Assembly: GCF_009914755.1 (NCBI RefSeq)
Contig: NC_060935.1
DNA: 64,000 nt
Source of the DNA: the human T2T-CHM13v2.0 reference genome, Homo sapiens
Strand: one strand, 5' to 3'
The translations under genes and the position numbers were made by a program. Below the pieces are notes generated by a model. It saw only the letters and a program-made list of their open reading frames with translations. It was not told where the DNA came from and did no database searches. Below, piece by piece: positions 28,861-46,979 of the stretch. Every line of letters starts with the position of its first letter. The stretch's first letter is position 1.

Positions 28861-31528
28861 AAAGTCCTATAATGAAAAATCACTCTTCTCTATTGTGTGG
28901 TTTCTGCCTGCCACTTCATACACAATAATTAAGGTGGTTGATTATTCATTCACTTTACAAAAAATCATATTCCTTTTTCAAATGGCGTAATCAAATTTGC
29001 AGGTTGCCTTATTTAATATTTAGTGTTTAAGATGTGGTAAATGTAAAGAAATCTAATTTACTTACTCTCTATAAATGGAGAAGAGCTTCCACTGTACCTT
29101 ATTTCTATCTCCTCTAAAAATAATCCAACTGGTAAATGAAACATGCCTATTTTTACAAACATGAAATCTGCTTTTTAGGGCAATATTTTCTGTCTTTTCA
29201 TTCTTTTCCTGGCTTTTTTTCCACCCACCCCACTCCCCGGAAAACTCACGTTAACAATGAGCATGTTTGCATTGCATTGCATTGCTATAACTCTATATAT
29301 TTTTATCTCTAAATATTGAGATATATAGGTACATACCCATATGATATGGCTTTGTGTATATACAATAACTGTCTTTACATGCTTGTGTATGTCTTGCTTT
29401 TCTCACTCAAAGGAATATATCAAAAGTTCTCACACCTGGTATAAAAATTCATGTTGCATTGGCTGCATATGTCAACTCAGATTTTCCTGAAAGTTTCACC
29501 ACCCTCTAAAGTTACCTTCTGGCCAGTGAGAATGAAACATGGTGAAACCTTCCTTACCAACCAAATGAAAGGCAAATCTATCATTCCAAATGGTGGGCAA
29601 CTTCAGATCTCTGTTAGCCTTTGAGAGAAGAAAAATGTAAACGAACAAAATCTTAGCTGAATGTAATCAACTATGAAAGTCAGGTCAATGATTTATACAA
29701 AATGCTACTAGAAACATTTTTAAACTGCCTTAGAAATTTGCATTTTGATTCATTTATATTCCCTACAATGAAAATAGTACTGCAGTTTATAAGGTACCTT
29801 CAGGCATTTCATTTGTTAAAGTGATTTACAGTAAATTGGCTTATTCCAGCATAATAAAGAATAGTCTTTGCTACATGCCACTAAAATGAATTAATCAAGC
29901 AATTTAAAATTAAATTTGCACACCACAGTCTTGTTTCTTTACATATCTAAAATAATAGCATACCTCATCATTTAAAACCAGTAATATAATTTGTGCTTTA
30001 CAGAAACCAACAACAAATTAAAAGCCAAACCTCTTTATTAGTTGCAACAGGAACAGCCAACAGTGTTTGAGAAATGAATATGGTTTTTCCTTCACTGTTA
30101 CTATAGCACGTGAGATCTGGGAGCAAATGGAGCCTAGTGCAATCTCATGATTGGTTTAAAGGCTATAACACTTCAGGACAATGCAAATTGCTTCTCACAT
30201 TAAAAAGACATTAAATCGTTCTGCAGTTTAGAAGAAAAGGCACACAACTGCTCTCAAATTTTAAAATACATTTCTGTGAAAAATCATCTCCGATTTGGAG
30301 GAACCCCTGAAGCTATTCTGATGTTCCTTTCCGTTTGTGTGGTAAATGATAGTAACCTTTCCCAGGTTTTCCAGGGTTGAGAAAGACAGTAGCCCTATAG
30401 CCTGAAAGTAAGTGATTAATCATGAGCTGTGTCACAGGCATATGCAGCAATGAAGATGGAAAAACTGAAAAACTGAGTGGCTTTGTGGAGGAGATGTAAT
30501 CAACCCTTTATTAATTCTGCTAATGGAAAGAAGTCTTGTGGATAACACATCATTAATGCCAACAGAAAATCAGGCCTTGGTTTGCCACAAAAGTATAAAT
30601 TGAAACTTGAAGATATGAAACACGTTTTCCCCCGAAGGAACTATGTTATCTTGGCAGTGGGTCTATAACTGAACCCAAACAATGCAGGAAAGAGTAATGC
30701 TTTAGAGTGTTAAAGAAGTTAGTGTAAGAACATTTCACAAGGAGAAACATACATTCCAGGTACTTCTTTATAGAACAAGAAATATTTCTCCATGGGCTGC
30801 CCTGATGCCTCTTCCTCATCCTTAACATAGAGAAACTAAAAACTGCAAAGGTGAAAACTTAATGGTAGGAAAATAAAAATTCTTCTAGGTTTTCCCAAAG
30901 TCACTGAAAATAGATGGATCTGCCACAGAGCTTAAAGTAATCCAGTTTTATTAGGGCTTTTCTTTTACAGGTATACAGATGTGGCTGCACCACACACATA
31001 CATGCCAAAACAGGGAGAACAGCCCTGCTATTCACCAGCCATTGCTATCTAGCCTGGAAGCATGGATTCTCCCTCAAGCTTTCAGCAAATAATATTCAGC
31101 AAGCATTATGTCCTGGGCAACATGCCAGATACTGAGGACAGGCTGGTGACCAAAACAAACCATGACCAGTGACCATGGTCGCCACCCTCATGGAGTAAAG
31201 CACTCAGCAATTCTTAGCATATAATAGATGCGCAATAAATATACCTTTTGTTTTCTCTCCCCTCAGCTTCTTTAGATTGTTTACTCTTCTGTTAAACAAG
31301 ATTAATGATATATACCTTAGAAGATTACCAAGATTAAGGATTCTAATAAGATATTTAAAAATATTTATTGACTCTGAAATCTCTGTGGGCTGAACAGCCA
31401 CCTGCTAAAATATCAACTTTATAAAAGCAGGGTGTGGAGCTTAAGCGTTTACGGCAACATGCTTGCTGTCACTTTCTCTATAATGGAAAATGCAAATAAG
31501 AAACAAAATCAAACCTAGTACAAAATCC

Positions 31529-31572
31529 AAGGGGAAAAATAAGATTTTAGAAGGGGAAAAATAAGATTTTAG
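31529..31572. repeat. Perfect 22-bp tandem duplication
   Basis: aaggggaaaaataagattttag twice. Confidence 0.95.
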
Positions 31573-32139
31573 GATTTCACTGGTGATTGTCAATATTTAG
31601 GATGTGAAATGAAAGGGCATCAGATTCCCAAGGAAACTGTTCTAAGTTTAGTGCCAACACAGTAGAAGAGTCCAAAAGAGGTTGGTAACATGTCAAGTGA
31701 AACATATGCAGAATTTAAAAATGATACTTGATTATGCCAAATGAATTTTGAGAAGTGAGGAAGAAGATAGGAAAAATCCTAGTCAATAAATCAGATATCA
31801 ATCCTACATAATTTTATGGGATCCTTCATCATTACCATATATTGACTGGTTTTATCCTTGTAGAAACAAGAATAAGATTTTTGACAACCTACATGAAAAC
31901 ATCCATTCCTCTAGAATTTCATCTGCATGATTTTGCTATTTCCTTTTCGAGGCCATATATATGGAAACTGAATTTCCCAGATTTCAACCACCTACCATTT
32001 TGAGTATATATGCCAGTTAGTTATATTCTAGAAGGTTCAGTACCTAGTTGAAATGAACCCATGTAGTTGTTATGTTTATGTGTGAAGAAACACAGATTAG
32101 AACAAGCAAAGGTTTTTTAGTGTCCTCTCTGTACAACAA

Positions 32140-33840
<1,701 letters not shown>

Positions 33841-33986
33841 ACAATGTTATTTAACATTTAAAAGTGACAAGTCAATTATTTGGAGCTCCACGTTATCACA
33901 CGTTCTAATTTCTATTTCCAGCTGATTATGGGGAGGAACGAACACAGGTGGGATTTTCCGTTAGTAAAGAAATGGTAATCTCAAGT

Positions 33987-33994
33987 TCTCTCTG

Positions 33995-34058
<64 letters not shown>

Positions 34059-34088
34059 GGTATCTCTCTCTCTCTCTCTCTGTCTCTC
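33987..34088. repeat. Compound (TC)n-(TG)24-(TC)n microsatellite
   Basis: Perfect TG run at 34009-34056. Confidence 0.95.
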
Positions 34089-34139
34089 TTTCCCCTCAAG
34101 AAAATAACTCAGAATTTTACTTCAAGAATGAAGAAAAGC

Positions 34140-35590
34140 TACTAGACTGTCTTTAGCAGGGGACTGATGTGATCAGATTTACTCTCTTAAGGGATTCCCT
34201 TAGCTGTTTGGAGAGAATAAACTTATAGAGTATATTAGTCAGGGTTCTCCTGAGAAACAGAATCCACAGGGTGTGTGTGTGCATGTGTGCATATGTGCAT
34301 AAGGAGACTTCTAAGAAATTGGCTCTGAAAGTTACAGAGGCTGAGATGTCCCAACAACTATAGTCAATATGGTGGAGACCCAAAAGAACTGATGTTATAA
34401 TTCCAGTCCAAAGCCAGCGGGCTTTAGACCCAAGAAGAACTGACGTTTCAGGTCAAGTCCAAAGGCTGAAGAAAACCAATGTCCCATCTCAAAGCAGTTA
34501 GGCAGGTGTGTATCCTCTTACTCATGAGAATATTCCCCTTTTTCTTCTACTCAGACTGTCAACTGATTGGATGAGGCCCACCTACATTAGGGATGGATGG
34601 TAGTCTGCTTTACTCAATCTACTGGGTCCAGTGTTAATCTCATCTAAAAACACCCTCACAGATACAGCCAAAATAATGTCTAACAAATATCTGGGCACCC
34701 CATGGCCTAGTGAAGTTGACATAAAATTAACTATCACACAAGGCAAGAATGAAAACGAGTAGACCAGTGAGGAGGTTCTTGCCATTTTCCAGGCAAGAGA
34801 GGATGATGGCTTTGACTTGGGTTGTAGCCATGGAAGTGGTGGAAAGTATTAGGATTCAGAAAACAACCTTAGAGTAAAATCAACAAAAATTGTTATTATT
34901 GTTCTGTTGTTACTGTTATCATTTTGGTAACAATAAATAATAATAACTAATAGTTAACCTTATTTTTAGTAGGGCTCAGGCACTTTTCCAAATGCTTTAT
35001 ATGTATTATTTCATTTGATCTTCTCAAACAAGGAAACTGAGGCACTGAAATTTTTAATAACTTGCCCAAGGCCACACAGTTAATCAATGAAAGTGTATGA
35101 CCCCCGCTGCACTAAGAGCAGCTTCTTTTGTTTACTTTCCTTTGTATGGGGAGTGGGAGGGTGATGATAAAGTAGAAATCAAGAATTTGGTTTAAGACAT
35201 GTTAAAATTAAGATGCTATTAGATATCCAAAGACACATAAAAGTCTAGACTTCAGAGAACACACTGGCCCTGGAAACATAAATTTGAAAAATACCTAAGT
35301 GGTATTTAAAGCTAAGGGATTGAATTAAGTGACCTAGGAAATAAACATAGAGAAGAAAAGAGGTAGAGGGACTGAGCCTAGGGAACCCCAACAGTTAGAG
35401 GTCAGAAAGATGAGGATGATCCCAGAAATGCAACTGAGAGCCAACAATACTTCAAGTAGAAAAAAAAGCCATAAGCATGGAGTATCCTAGAGGCCACATG
35501 TTCCAAGAAAGAGACCACTTGTGTCAAATGCTAAGAGGCTGACAGGAGTGACCACTGTATCTGCAACCTAGAGTTCTTGGGTATCCTAGC
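34140..35590 (-). mobile_element. L2 fragments interrupted by MLT2B and a MIR (~34950-35090)
   Basis: ccaggcaagagaggatgatggctttgact and ggactgagcctagggaacccca L2 motifs. Confidence 0.65.
34231..34738 (-). mobile_element. MLT2B-like ERVL solo LTR
   Basis: tattagtcagggttctc...agttgacataaaattaactatcaca termini; ctgattggatgaggcccacc. Confidence 0.85.
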
Positions 35591-35802
35591 AAAAAAATTT
35601 ACATTTTTTAGTTGTGGAATATTGCACATCATATAAAATTTATCATAGCATCACTGAATTTTATAAAGCTTATATTTCTTGCTTATAGACAATCTATAAA
35701 CAGAAGAAAACTTCATAGTTTGTTTGTTCTGTTTTTTTTTTTATATATATTAAGGAGAAGAGCTGGCTAGCCACTCAGAAGGTCCTCATAATAGTATATT
35801 GG

Positions 35803-38800
35803 GAAGGGAGAGGACAAGATGGCTGATTAGATCAAAATATTGAGTAAAAAAACATATTTTAAAAAGATCCTCAGAGAGAAAACACTGAGAGTCAACAGAG
35901 AGACGATGCAGACACTGAGGCTGAAGAGGGAGGAAGTTAGGAACCCTGCACGGGGTTGCCAAGTGCTAGGACTAGTTCTCAGCCCTGAAGAGCTCCTAAG
36001 GGGAAGAGCAGAGTGAAGTGATGGCAAAGAAACCCATGATCGCAGAGGACCTCTGTGATCTTAACTACCAGAGATTCCACAACCCTCATACACATTAGAA
36101 TTGACAGGGGGATCTGCTCAGAGAGTAGATAGAGACAGAGCTCCAGCCTGTGCAGAACCTAGGAGAGTTTGTGTGATAAGCAGCTGTAGCAAAATGCAGT
36201 AATAGGCATCGATTCCCCAAGGCTCTCCATCTTCCTCCAAGTACCTCTAACCCCATCTGATCACCAGGCCAGGAGAGAGCAGGGCCATCTCTCCCACGGG
36301 ACTGGATCATGCCTCTTCAGCACATCTCTCCCTGCCCCTCCCAAGGCCCCTGCACGAGAGTGCTCCTGCAAGAGTGTGCATGCATCATAGCCTCCACCGC
36401 CCAGCATGGATGCTTTGCCAGTGGCCCTGTCTGAGTGCTTTCCCAGCAGCCTGGGAGCACTTTGGCTCCCTCAGCACAGCCAGTACCTGACCCCAAGGAG
36501 CCAGAGGAGAAAGCCATAGGTCTAGTCCCAGTGCCCCAGGCTTAGAGCATATAGCTCAGGGGTACCAAGCTGAGACCTATTACCAGAAATTAAGCAGGGG
36601 AAGAGCCCCCACTCTCAGAACACTGAGAAGAATGAGACATGGGTTTGTGGACTAGCATGGCAGCAGGGCATGCCTCCCTCTACAAGGCTGGTCCAGGAAG
36701 GATGTGGTCAGTCTGCCGGCCACAGCCTCTGCCTGAGGGAGCGCTGCATCCTGGAACACCTAACAAAGGAAATGCAGGTGCAGCACCAGTGATCGAAGGG
36801 GGCTCCCCTAAGGCACAGGAAAGGACATGGTGAGGGGGGTCATCTCTCCCTCTCTAGCAAGTGGTTCTTAATCAGATTAAAATGACTGAAATGACAGACA
36901 GAGAATTCAGAATCTGTATGGCAAGGAAGCTCACTGAGATCCAGAGGAAATCCAAAACTTCATCCAAGGAATTCAGTAAAATGATCCAAGAATTGAAAGA
37001 CAAAATTGCCATTTTAAAAAAGAACCAAACTGAGGTTCTGGAATTGAAAAACTAACTAAAAGAATTTTATGATACAGTTGGAAGCATTAACAACAAAATA
37101 GACCAAGCTGAGGGAAAAAAATCTCAGAGCTCTAAGACCAGTTCTTCAAATCAACTCAGAGAAAAATAAAGAAAAATTAATTTTTTATAAATGAACAAAA
37201 CCTCGGAGAAATACAGGATTGTATAAAGAAACCAAACCTGTGACTCATTGGCATTCCTGAGAGAGAAGTAGAGAGATTCAAATTCTTTGAAATTAATGAA
37301 AATAAAAATACAACATACCAAAATCCCTGGGATGTGGCTAAAGCAGTGTTAGGAGAAAAGTTAACAGTGCTAAACACCCATATCAGGAAGCTAGAAAGAC
37401 CTCAAATTGACACTCTAACATCACACCTAGAGGAACTAGAAAAAAAAAAAACCCAAAGGTAGCAGAAGAAAAGAAATAACTAAAATCAAAGAATAACTGA
37501 ATGAAACTAGGATGCAAATGTCCATATAAAAGCAAATTAAACCAAAAGTTGGTACTGTGAAGGGATAAACAAGATTGATAGACTGTTAGCTAAACAAAGA
37601 AAAAAAGAGAGAAGATCCAAATGGCACAATCAGAAACAACAAAGATGACATTACAACAAAAACAAAAACAAGCAATGCAGGGAAAGTTCCATATTCAATA
37701 AGTGGTGCTGGAATAACTGGCTATCCAAATACAGAAGAATGAAACTGGACCCCTACCTATCACCATATACAAAAATTAACTTAAATTAAAAACTTATATG
37801 TAAGACCTAAAACTATAAAAATCCTAGAAGAAAACCTGGGAAATACCTTTGCTGACATCAGCCTTGGCAAAGAATTTATGGCTGAGTCCTCAAAAGCAAT
37901 TATAACAACAACAAAAATGGTAAGTGGGACCCAACTAAACTAAAGAGCTTCTGCACAGCAATAGAAACTATCAACAAAGTATAGAGACAACCTACAGAAT
38001 GGAATGATAAATGTTAACAAACCATGCATCCAGCAAAGGTGTAATATCCAGGATCTATAAGGAACTTAAAGAAGCAAAAACCACTAAAATGTGAGCAAAG
38101 GACATGAACAGATACATCTCAAAAGAAGACATACAAGTGGCTAACAAACATATGAAAAAAAATACTCATCCTCACTAATCATCTGAGAAATACAAATCAA
38201 TACCCCAATGAGATACCATCTCACACTAGTCAGAATGGTCTTTGTTAAAAACTCAAAAACATAACAGATTTTGGTGAGGCAGTGGAAGGGGCACTTATAC
38301 ACTGTTGGTGGAAATAATACAAATTAGTCCAGCCACTGTTGAGAAAAGTTTGGAGATTTCTCAAAAAACTAGGAACTGAACTACCATTTGGCCCAGCAAT
38401 CCCATTATTGCATATATACCTAAAGGAAAATAAATTATCCCACCAAAAGGATACATGTACTCATATATATATATATCACAGTGCTTCTCACAATAGCAAA
38501 ATCATGGAATCAACCTAGGGGCCCATCAACAGTGGATTAGATAAAGAAAATGTGGCACACATACACCATGGAACACTATGCACCCACAAAAAAAGAATGA
38601 AGTCATGTCCTTTGCAGCAGCATGACTACATTTGGAGGCCATTATCCTAAGCAAACTAACACAGAAATAGAAAACCAAATACCACATGTTCTCACTTGTA
38701 AGTGGGAGCTAAACGCTGGGTACACATGGAAATAAAGATGGGAACAATAGACAATGGGGACTACTAAAAGGTGGAGAGAGGGAGGGAGGCAAAGGCTGAA

Positions 38801-38937
38801 AAACTGCCTATTAGTATTATGCTCAGAACCTGGGTTGTGGGATCAATCATACCCCAAACCTCAGCATCATGTAAAATATCCATGCAACATACCTGAATAT
38901 ATACCCTCTGATTCTAAAATAGAAGTTGGAAAAGAAA
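35803..38937 (+). mobile_element. L1PA16-like element with both ends but large internal deletions
   Basis: caagatggc 5' start; ORF1 and ORF2 pieces; L1PA16-type 3'UTR; TSD aata(g/a)tatattgg at 35790-35802 and 38938-38950. Confidence 0.85.
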
Positions 38938-39255
38938 AATAATATATTGGTAGATGAAGAAGATCCTTGGTTTTGTTGTCCTCTGAATTATATTTTATCA
39001 GTTTACTTAGAAATGCTTAGGCTCTAGAGAACTTGCCCTTAAAAAGTTGCCAGTTTAAATGGAGTCTGACTTGTCATTTAAAAACCAGTTTATCAATTTA
39101 TATTAGGAAATACACCATTTTAAGACCATTGAAGGTAGAAGGAGCTAAATGGAAAGGCAGAATCTGCTTGCTGCTAGTGAAAAGAGCCCTCCCAGGATCA
39201 TATTACTTTGAGTAATTTACCATAGTGCAGATTCTAGTCCTTACCTTTCCTAATA

Positions 39256-39333
39256 TTAGGTTGGTGCAAAAGTAATCGCGATTTTGCATTAAAAGTAATG
39301 GCAAAAACCGCAATTACTTTTGCACCAACATAA
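39256..39333. mobile_element. MADE1 (Hsmar1-derived MITE)
   Basis: ttaggttggtgcaaaagtaat...attacttttgcaccaac terminal inverted repeats; TA TSD on both sides. Confidence 0.95.
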
Positions 39334-39819
39334 TATAAAACTCCTACAGTAGATGTGACTTAAGATGGCTGTCACTAATCACTTTCAAAGTATACCTAAA
39401 TGTGCTAGAATGAAGTTGTTCATTTGCAAGACAAGCATTAACTAAAAATTCAGCAGGCAGATAATATGAGAAATCAAATCACAATCATATAGTTGTTTGG
39501 TGAAAATGGAATTTTCAAAAAATGTACTGGTTACATGATCCTTATGTTCAGTGACATATTTAATAGGCATCCCTGCCAGAATAGCCAAACAAATTGACTT
39601 TTGGACCCGAGCTGTCAATGTGTTTGTCATAACCCTGGGCTTATATGTGTGTTGGAGTCCAGTGAGTCCAGTAACTCACACATGTAGTCCAATAGGGTGA
39701 GGTATAACATTTTTGCATGGAGAGGGATTAGACTCCATGTTCTTATCACAGCAAAACATGTCACTCACATGGCAAACTAGGTAAGTATTTGGAATCACTT
39801 CAAAGCTACATATCATACT

Positions 39820-40057
39820 CTGGTTCCTTTGCCATCACTATGAGAACATGCCAGAGCTGGCCTGTGGATGATGAGAGACATGCAGATCAAGGACAAGTCA
39901 TACCAGTCATCCCAGGTGGGGCCAACATACGTAGCTAACAGTCAGCCAAATCCAATGGGAATGATCTCAGGCAAGATCAACAAAGCTGCACACTGACCCC
40001 ATATACATTAGCATTAAATGCTTTATTGTTTAACCTCAGAAGTATTGTAGGTATTGT
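39820..40057 (+). mobile_element. MLT1H-like LTR 3' part
   Basis: gagaacatgccagagctggcctg...caatagataaatgataca. Confidence 0.6.
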
Positions 40058-41289
40058 GATGAAGCATTATATTACTGTAACAATAGATAAATGATACATC
40101 CACTGAACTGCAGTATAGAGGCCTTAATTGTATTTTGATTTAAACAGATTGTTTTTAAAAATGTGAGTCACTTGGGAAACATTAAACAGTGACTGCATAT
40201 TTGCTGACATTATGAAAATATTCCTTTTTTCTGTGCTGAGATTATAGAGTTGCGCTCATTTTTTTGCAGTGTTAGTAGTATTCCAACCATGTATTTTTTA
40301 AAAGTCCTTGTCTTTTAGAGATACATCTTGAAATTACATGTCTTAGATTTCCTTCAAAATAACTCATGGAGGGTGTCGTGATAAGGATAGTGAAATAGAC
40401 AAGGTTGACAATGAGTTGATAATCATTAAAAAGAAATGATGGTCACATGGGACTTAATTAATACTATTTTATCTACTTTTATAAGGTTGAAATTTTTAAT
40501 AATAGATTGTACATGTGTGGAAAAAATATGCTTGCATCAAAAGAAGACAATAAAAACAACATACAGAAAGAGGAAAAAATAGGTTAATTAAAAAACAACC
40601 AGTTTATCTGAAATATACTATTTAGTCTTTCAGAAAATGTGGGTATGCCTAACACTTGTCAAGGATTGGTGATATAGGAGTGAACAAAACAGACAAAACT
40701 ACTTGTCATCAAGTAACTTACGTTTCTATTTACAGACAATAAATTAACAAGGAAAATACAGAATATATCAGATAGTGATCAGAGCTATGGAGAAAAATAG
40801 AGAAGTGGGGTTGAGAATACTGGGAGTTAGGAGAAGGTAGTTTGTAGTTTGTTTGATATTATTATCATGATAATTATTATTATTTTTAAGATGGAGCCTC
40901 ACTATGTTGCCCAGCCTGGACTCTAACTCCTAGGCTTGAGAGGAAAAGTAAATACCTGGGTTTGGCCATAATTTTCATCAGAGAAACATAATCAACTTTC
41001 TATACACTTGGAGACACCAGCATTGACCTTTCATATGACAATGAAGCTCTCAGTGATTTTCATATCTCAGTTTGGGCAGTATGGGTTTACTATTTTTGCT
41101 TCACTCTCAAATCCTGATTGTTTACTGGCCATCTTTCCCAATTTCTCAGGATGCACTGCTGTCATTCTTTATGCACTACATTCATGTATACAGATAACTG
41201 AATAAGCTTTAAAAGTTGTATTTGATAGAGAATGCATAGCTGAACTACATGCTTTGTCTATAATATATTTAAAAAGTGACTAGTTTCCC

Positions 41290-41770
41290 TTCACTTCAAC
41301 TGCTACTATAGGAATCCAAGCCACTGCCCATATGAAATTATTACAACAGCCTTCTACAAGTCATCATGCTTCCACCCTTTGGTACAATCTATTTTCAACA
41401 CGATAGCTAGAATGGTCCTTTTAAAATATCAGGCTGATTTCATCACTCTTCTTTTCAAAACTCTCCAATATCTTTCTATTTTACTCAAAGAAATATCCAG
41501 TCTTTTACAATGTCCTAAGAAGCACTACTTAGCCTGCATCCTCACCACTTACCTCTCACCAGCTCCTACCACTCTTCTCATTGACTCTACTCCAGAGGCA
41601 CTGACATCTCTGGTATTCCTCACCCTTTGCAGATATGCCTCCACCTCGGGTACTTAAACTGATTGTTCCTTCTGCCTAGAGAGTTTTCTCAGATAGCCCC
41701 ATGGCTAACTCCCTTTCCTCCTTCAAGTCTTTTCTCAAATGACATTCTATCAGTGAAACCTTCTATGGAT
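41290..41770 (+). mobile_element. L2 fragment
   Basis: gctagaatggtccttttaaaatatcaggctgatttcatcactct; tgttccttctgcctaga. Confidence 0.7.
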
Positions 41771-41959
41771 ACATGGTTAATAATACCCTTTCTCTTTTTC
41801 CAGAATGACCTTGGGTTAACATTTAACACTGTTCCCCTGGAAACCTAATAAAGGCAGAAGAGCAACTCTGTTACCAAGCAACGTGCTTTTAGTTAAAAAA
41901 AAAAAAAATAAAGAAAGAAAGAAAAAGAAAAGAAAGAAAAAAAAATCCCTGATTCATAC

Positions 41960-43977
<2,018 letters not shown>

Positions 43978-44579
43978 TTTACAGAAATGTATTGAACTCA
44001 TCAGTTTCTTCACTAGGATTATACTTTCCTCGAAAGTGAAGACTAAATTGTTTTATGGTTTTGTTCAGTAGTTTGACAAGTATTTTTTTTCAATCCTGCT
44101 CCTTCTGTATTAACAAATATTGATGAGCTTCTCCACCATGTCAGAAATTGTGCCAGACCCCAGGAATAACTAACAAAAGAAAAAGATTATGCCTTCATGG
44201 CGCTTACTGCCTACTAACAGCATTAAAATACTTTCTTTGGTTGTTTTAATTTTGGAGGCCATACCACACATCATATTAAACATTTTTAAAGTAGCAGAAA
44301 AAGTTATAAATGTTTTTCAATTTTGTGTTTGACATCATTGGATATAAGTAACATATAATTTATGATTATGATTTAATAGCATTACACATACTGAGGTTTT
44401 GGAAATTAAGAAAGACACTTTTTGAATGCAGTGAAATATTTATGTATGCCCCCATTTAATGATGAAGTAACATTTAATTAACTATTAGTGTGGATTTTCT
44501 TTATTTTTATTTTGGGTTTTTATTAATTTGAATTATTAACTTGAATTTTCAGTTTTATTTTTATATTTTAGAACTTTTG

Positions 44580-44972
44580 GTAGATAAAATAATATCCACC
44601 AATCACTAGCCCTCCTCTCCTCTGAGCAAATAGAAAGCTACATGTTCCAGCTGAAAAGCTACATAATTAGTCCTGCCCAGTGAAAGGTAAATAGTGAGGC
44701 AGAGAAAAGTCCATGCCCAATCTTCAGGCTCTCTCTTCCCCAATTGCCTTGGCAATCAGGAAGGCTGTGTTTTCTAGATGGTGCAAATAAGACATGGCAG
44801 AGGTTCTATCAGCCTGGATTCTTAAGTGGCTTATTGAAGCCCAGAACCCCCAACCTTTCATCATTAACCTGCAAGGAACATGTAACATAAGCTAGAAATA
44901 AAGCCTTTTTAAAGTCGCCAGCACCTGGGAAATAATTGTGATTGCAGCACAACCTAACCAATGCTATGAACA
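44580..44972 (+). mobile_element. MLT1I/J-like LTR
   Basis: ttctatcagcctggatt, ctagaaataaagcc and gcagcacaacctaacc motifs. Confidence 0.6.
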
Positions 44973-45095
44973 TAAAGCCTCATTTCTGGTTTTGGGTTTT
45001 TTTGAGGGGAGGGGAGTCTCTTACACCTTCAGAGTCTCTGCCTCTTGGCTTTACACACTATGTTAACAGTACCTAATAAATAAGACAATCTTAAG

Positions 45096-45507
45096 TGCGT
45101 TAGGCCATTCTTGCATTGCTATAAAGGAATATCTGGGACTGGGCAATTTATAAAGAAAAAAAAATAATTGGCTTAGAGTTCTGCAGGCTGTACAAGCATG
45201 GATCCAGCATCAGCTCCTGGTGATGCTGGAGGCTTCCGATCACGGCAGAGGGCAAAGGGAGAGAAAGCATGTCATGGCAAGAGTGGGAGCAAGGGAGCAG
45301 GGTCGGGTAGAGGGATCCCAGACTTCTAAACAACCAGATCTCGCATGAACTGAATGAGATCTCCATCATCACCAAGGGGATAGTGCTAAACTGTACATGA
45401 AGGATCCACTGCCATGATCTAATCACCTTCCACCAGGCCCTACCTCCAACAATAAGAATCACATTTCAACATGAGATTTGGAGGTGATAAACATCCAAAC
45501 CATATCA
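45096..45507 (-). mobile_element. MSTA/MSTB MaLR solo LTR
   Basis: taggccattcttgcattgctataaag...aaacatccaaaccatatca. Confidence 0.88.
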
Positions 45508-46437
45508 CACTTGGGGAAACAGGAGATCAAATGAAAAGTTAAAATAAAGTTTAATAAATGCAATTTATTCAACAAAGATTTATTGAGCTCATATTACATG
45601 GAAAAAGGTCAATTTCTCTTGAGTCACATAGGCTACATGAAAGTATAGTAGATACTGGAACACATTCAGAGTTCTACTAAGCAGGAAAAAGAGGAGCTGA
45701 TGCGCTGCAGGCAATCAGTCCACTACACAGCAGTAACTTCAAAGTTATAATGGACTTCTTTCACCAATGATCCCGAGTAAAACAAGGTAAGACACTTCTG
45801 ATATGAAAGAAAGGACTATTTCTCTAGGAAGATAAACTAAGACACTGCACTGTATTGTTTAAGTCTGCAGGCTATTAGGAGAGGCTAAGGAGGATGGACT
45901 CCTATAAGAAAAAAAGAGGCCATTCCATTAAAGAGAGAGGAAAGCACTTTCTCTTCAAGTGGGGTATGAGAGAGAAAGAAGTTGCCTACCTAAGAGATGA
46001 CAGTAACGAAAAAAAAATAAGAGACAGAATGCAAGAAAAAAAGCCCTCAAGGCTTCTGGCCTAGGAAGCTAATCTCTCTAGAGTATTTTCGGCTGCTAGG
46101 CATTCGATAGTTAAAACATTACCTTGTATAAGGCTCACAGTGAGGCTGAGAGACTGGGGCTCAGGCTCTTTTTTTCTATTGATATCTGTACCTTTTAAAA
46201 TACAGTTTTCTGCATATACAACCAAAGCAGGTGATAATTTATTGCTTTTTCAAATGGCTTTATTAGGGTATAATTTAACTACAATAAAATGTATCAATTT
46301 TAAGTTTACAATTTGATGAGTTTTGAAAATATAAAGTCGTGTATTCAGTACTATCACCAAGATACAAAATTTTTAACTTGCCCAAAAAAGTTCCCTTGTA
46401 TCCCTTTGCTAAGCACTCTTTTTAAAGTTTGGCCTTT

Positions 46438-46818
<381 letters not shown>

Positions 46819-46979
46819 TTACTGTTAGATTGCACCAAAAATGGTAATCTCATGCCACTTGCTGGTCATTGGTTCAGGAATTAATATGAAAATCTAAGTA
46901 ATTCTGGCCTAAGAGAAGATGACTATAGACTTCCAGGAAAGAAAAACCATCCTCTTCTGGTCCTGACAGAGTAACTGAT

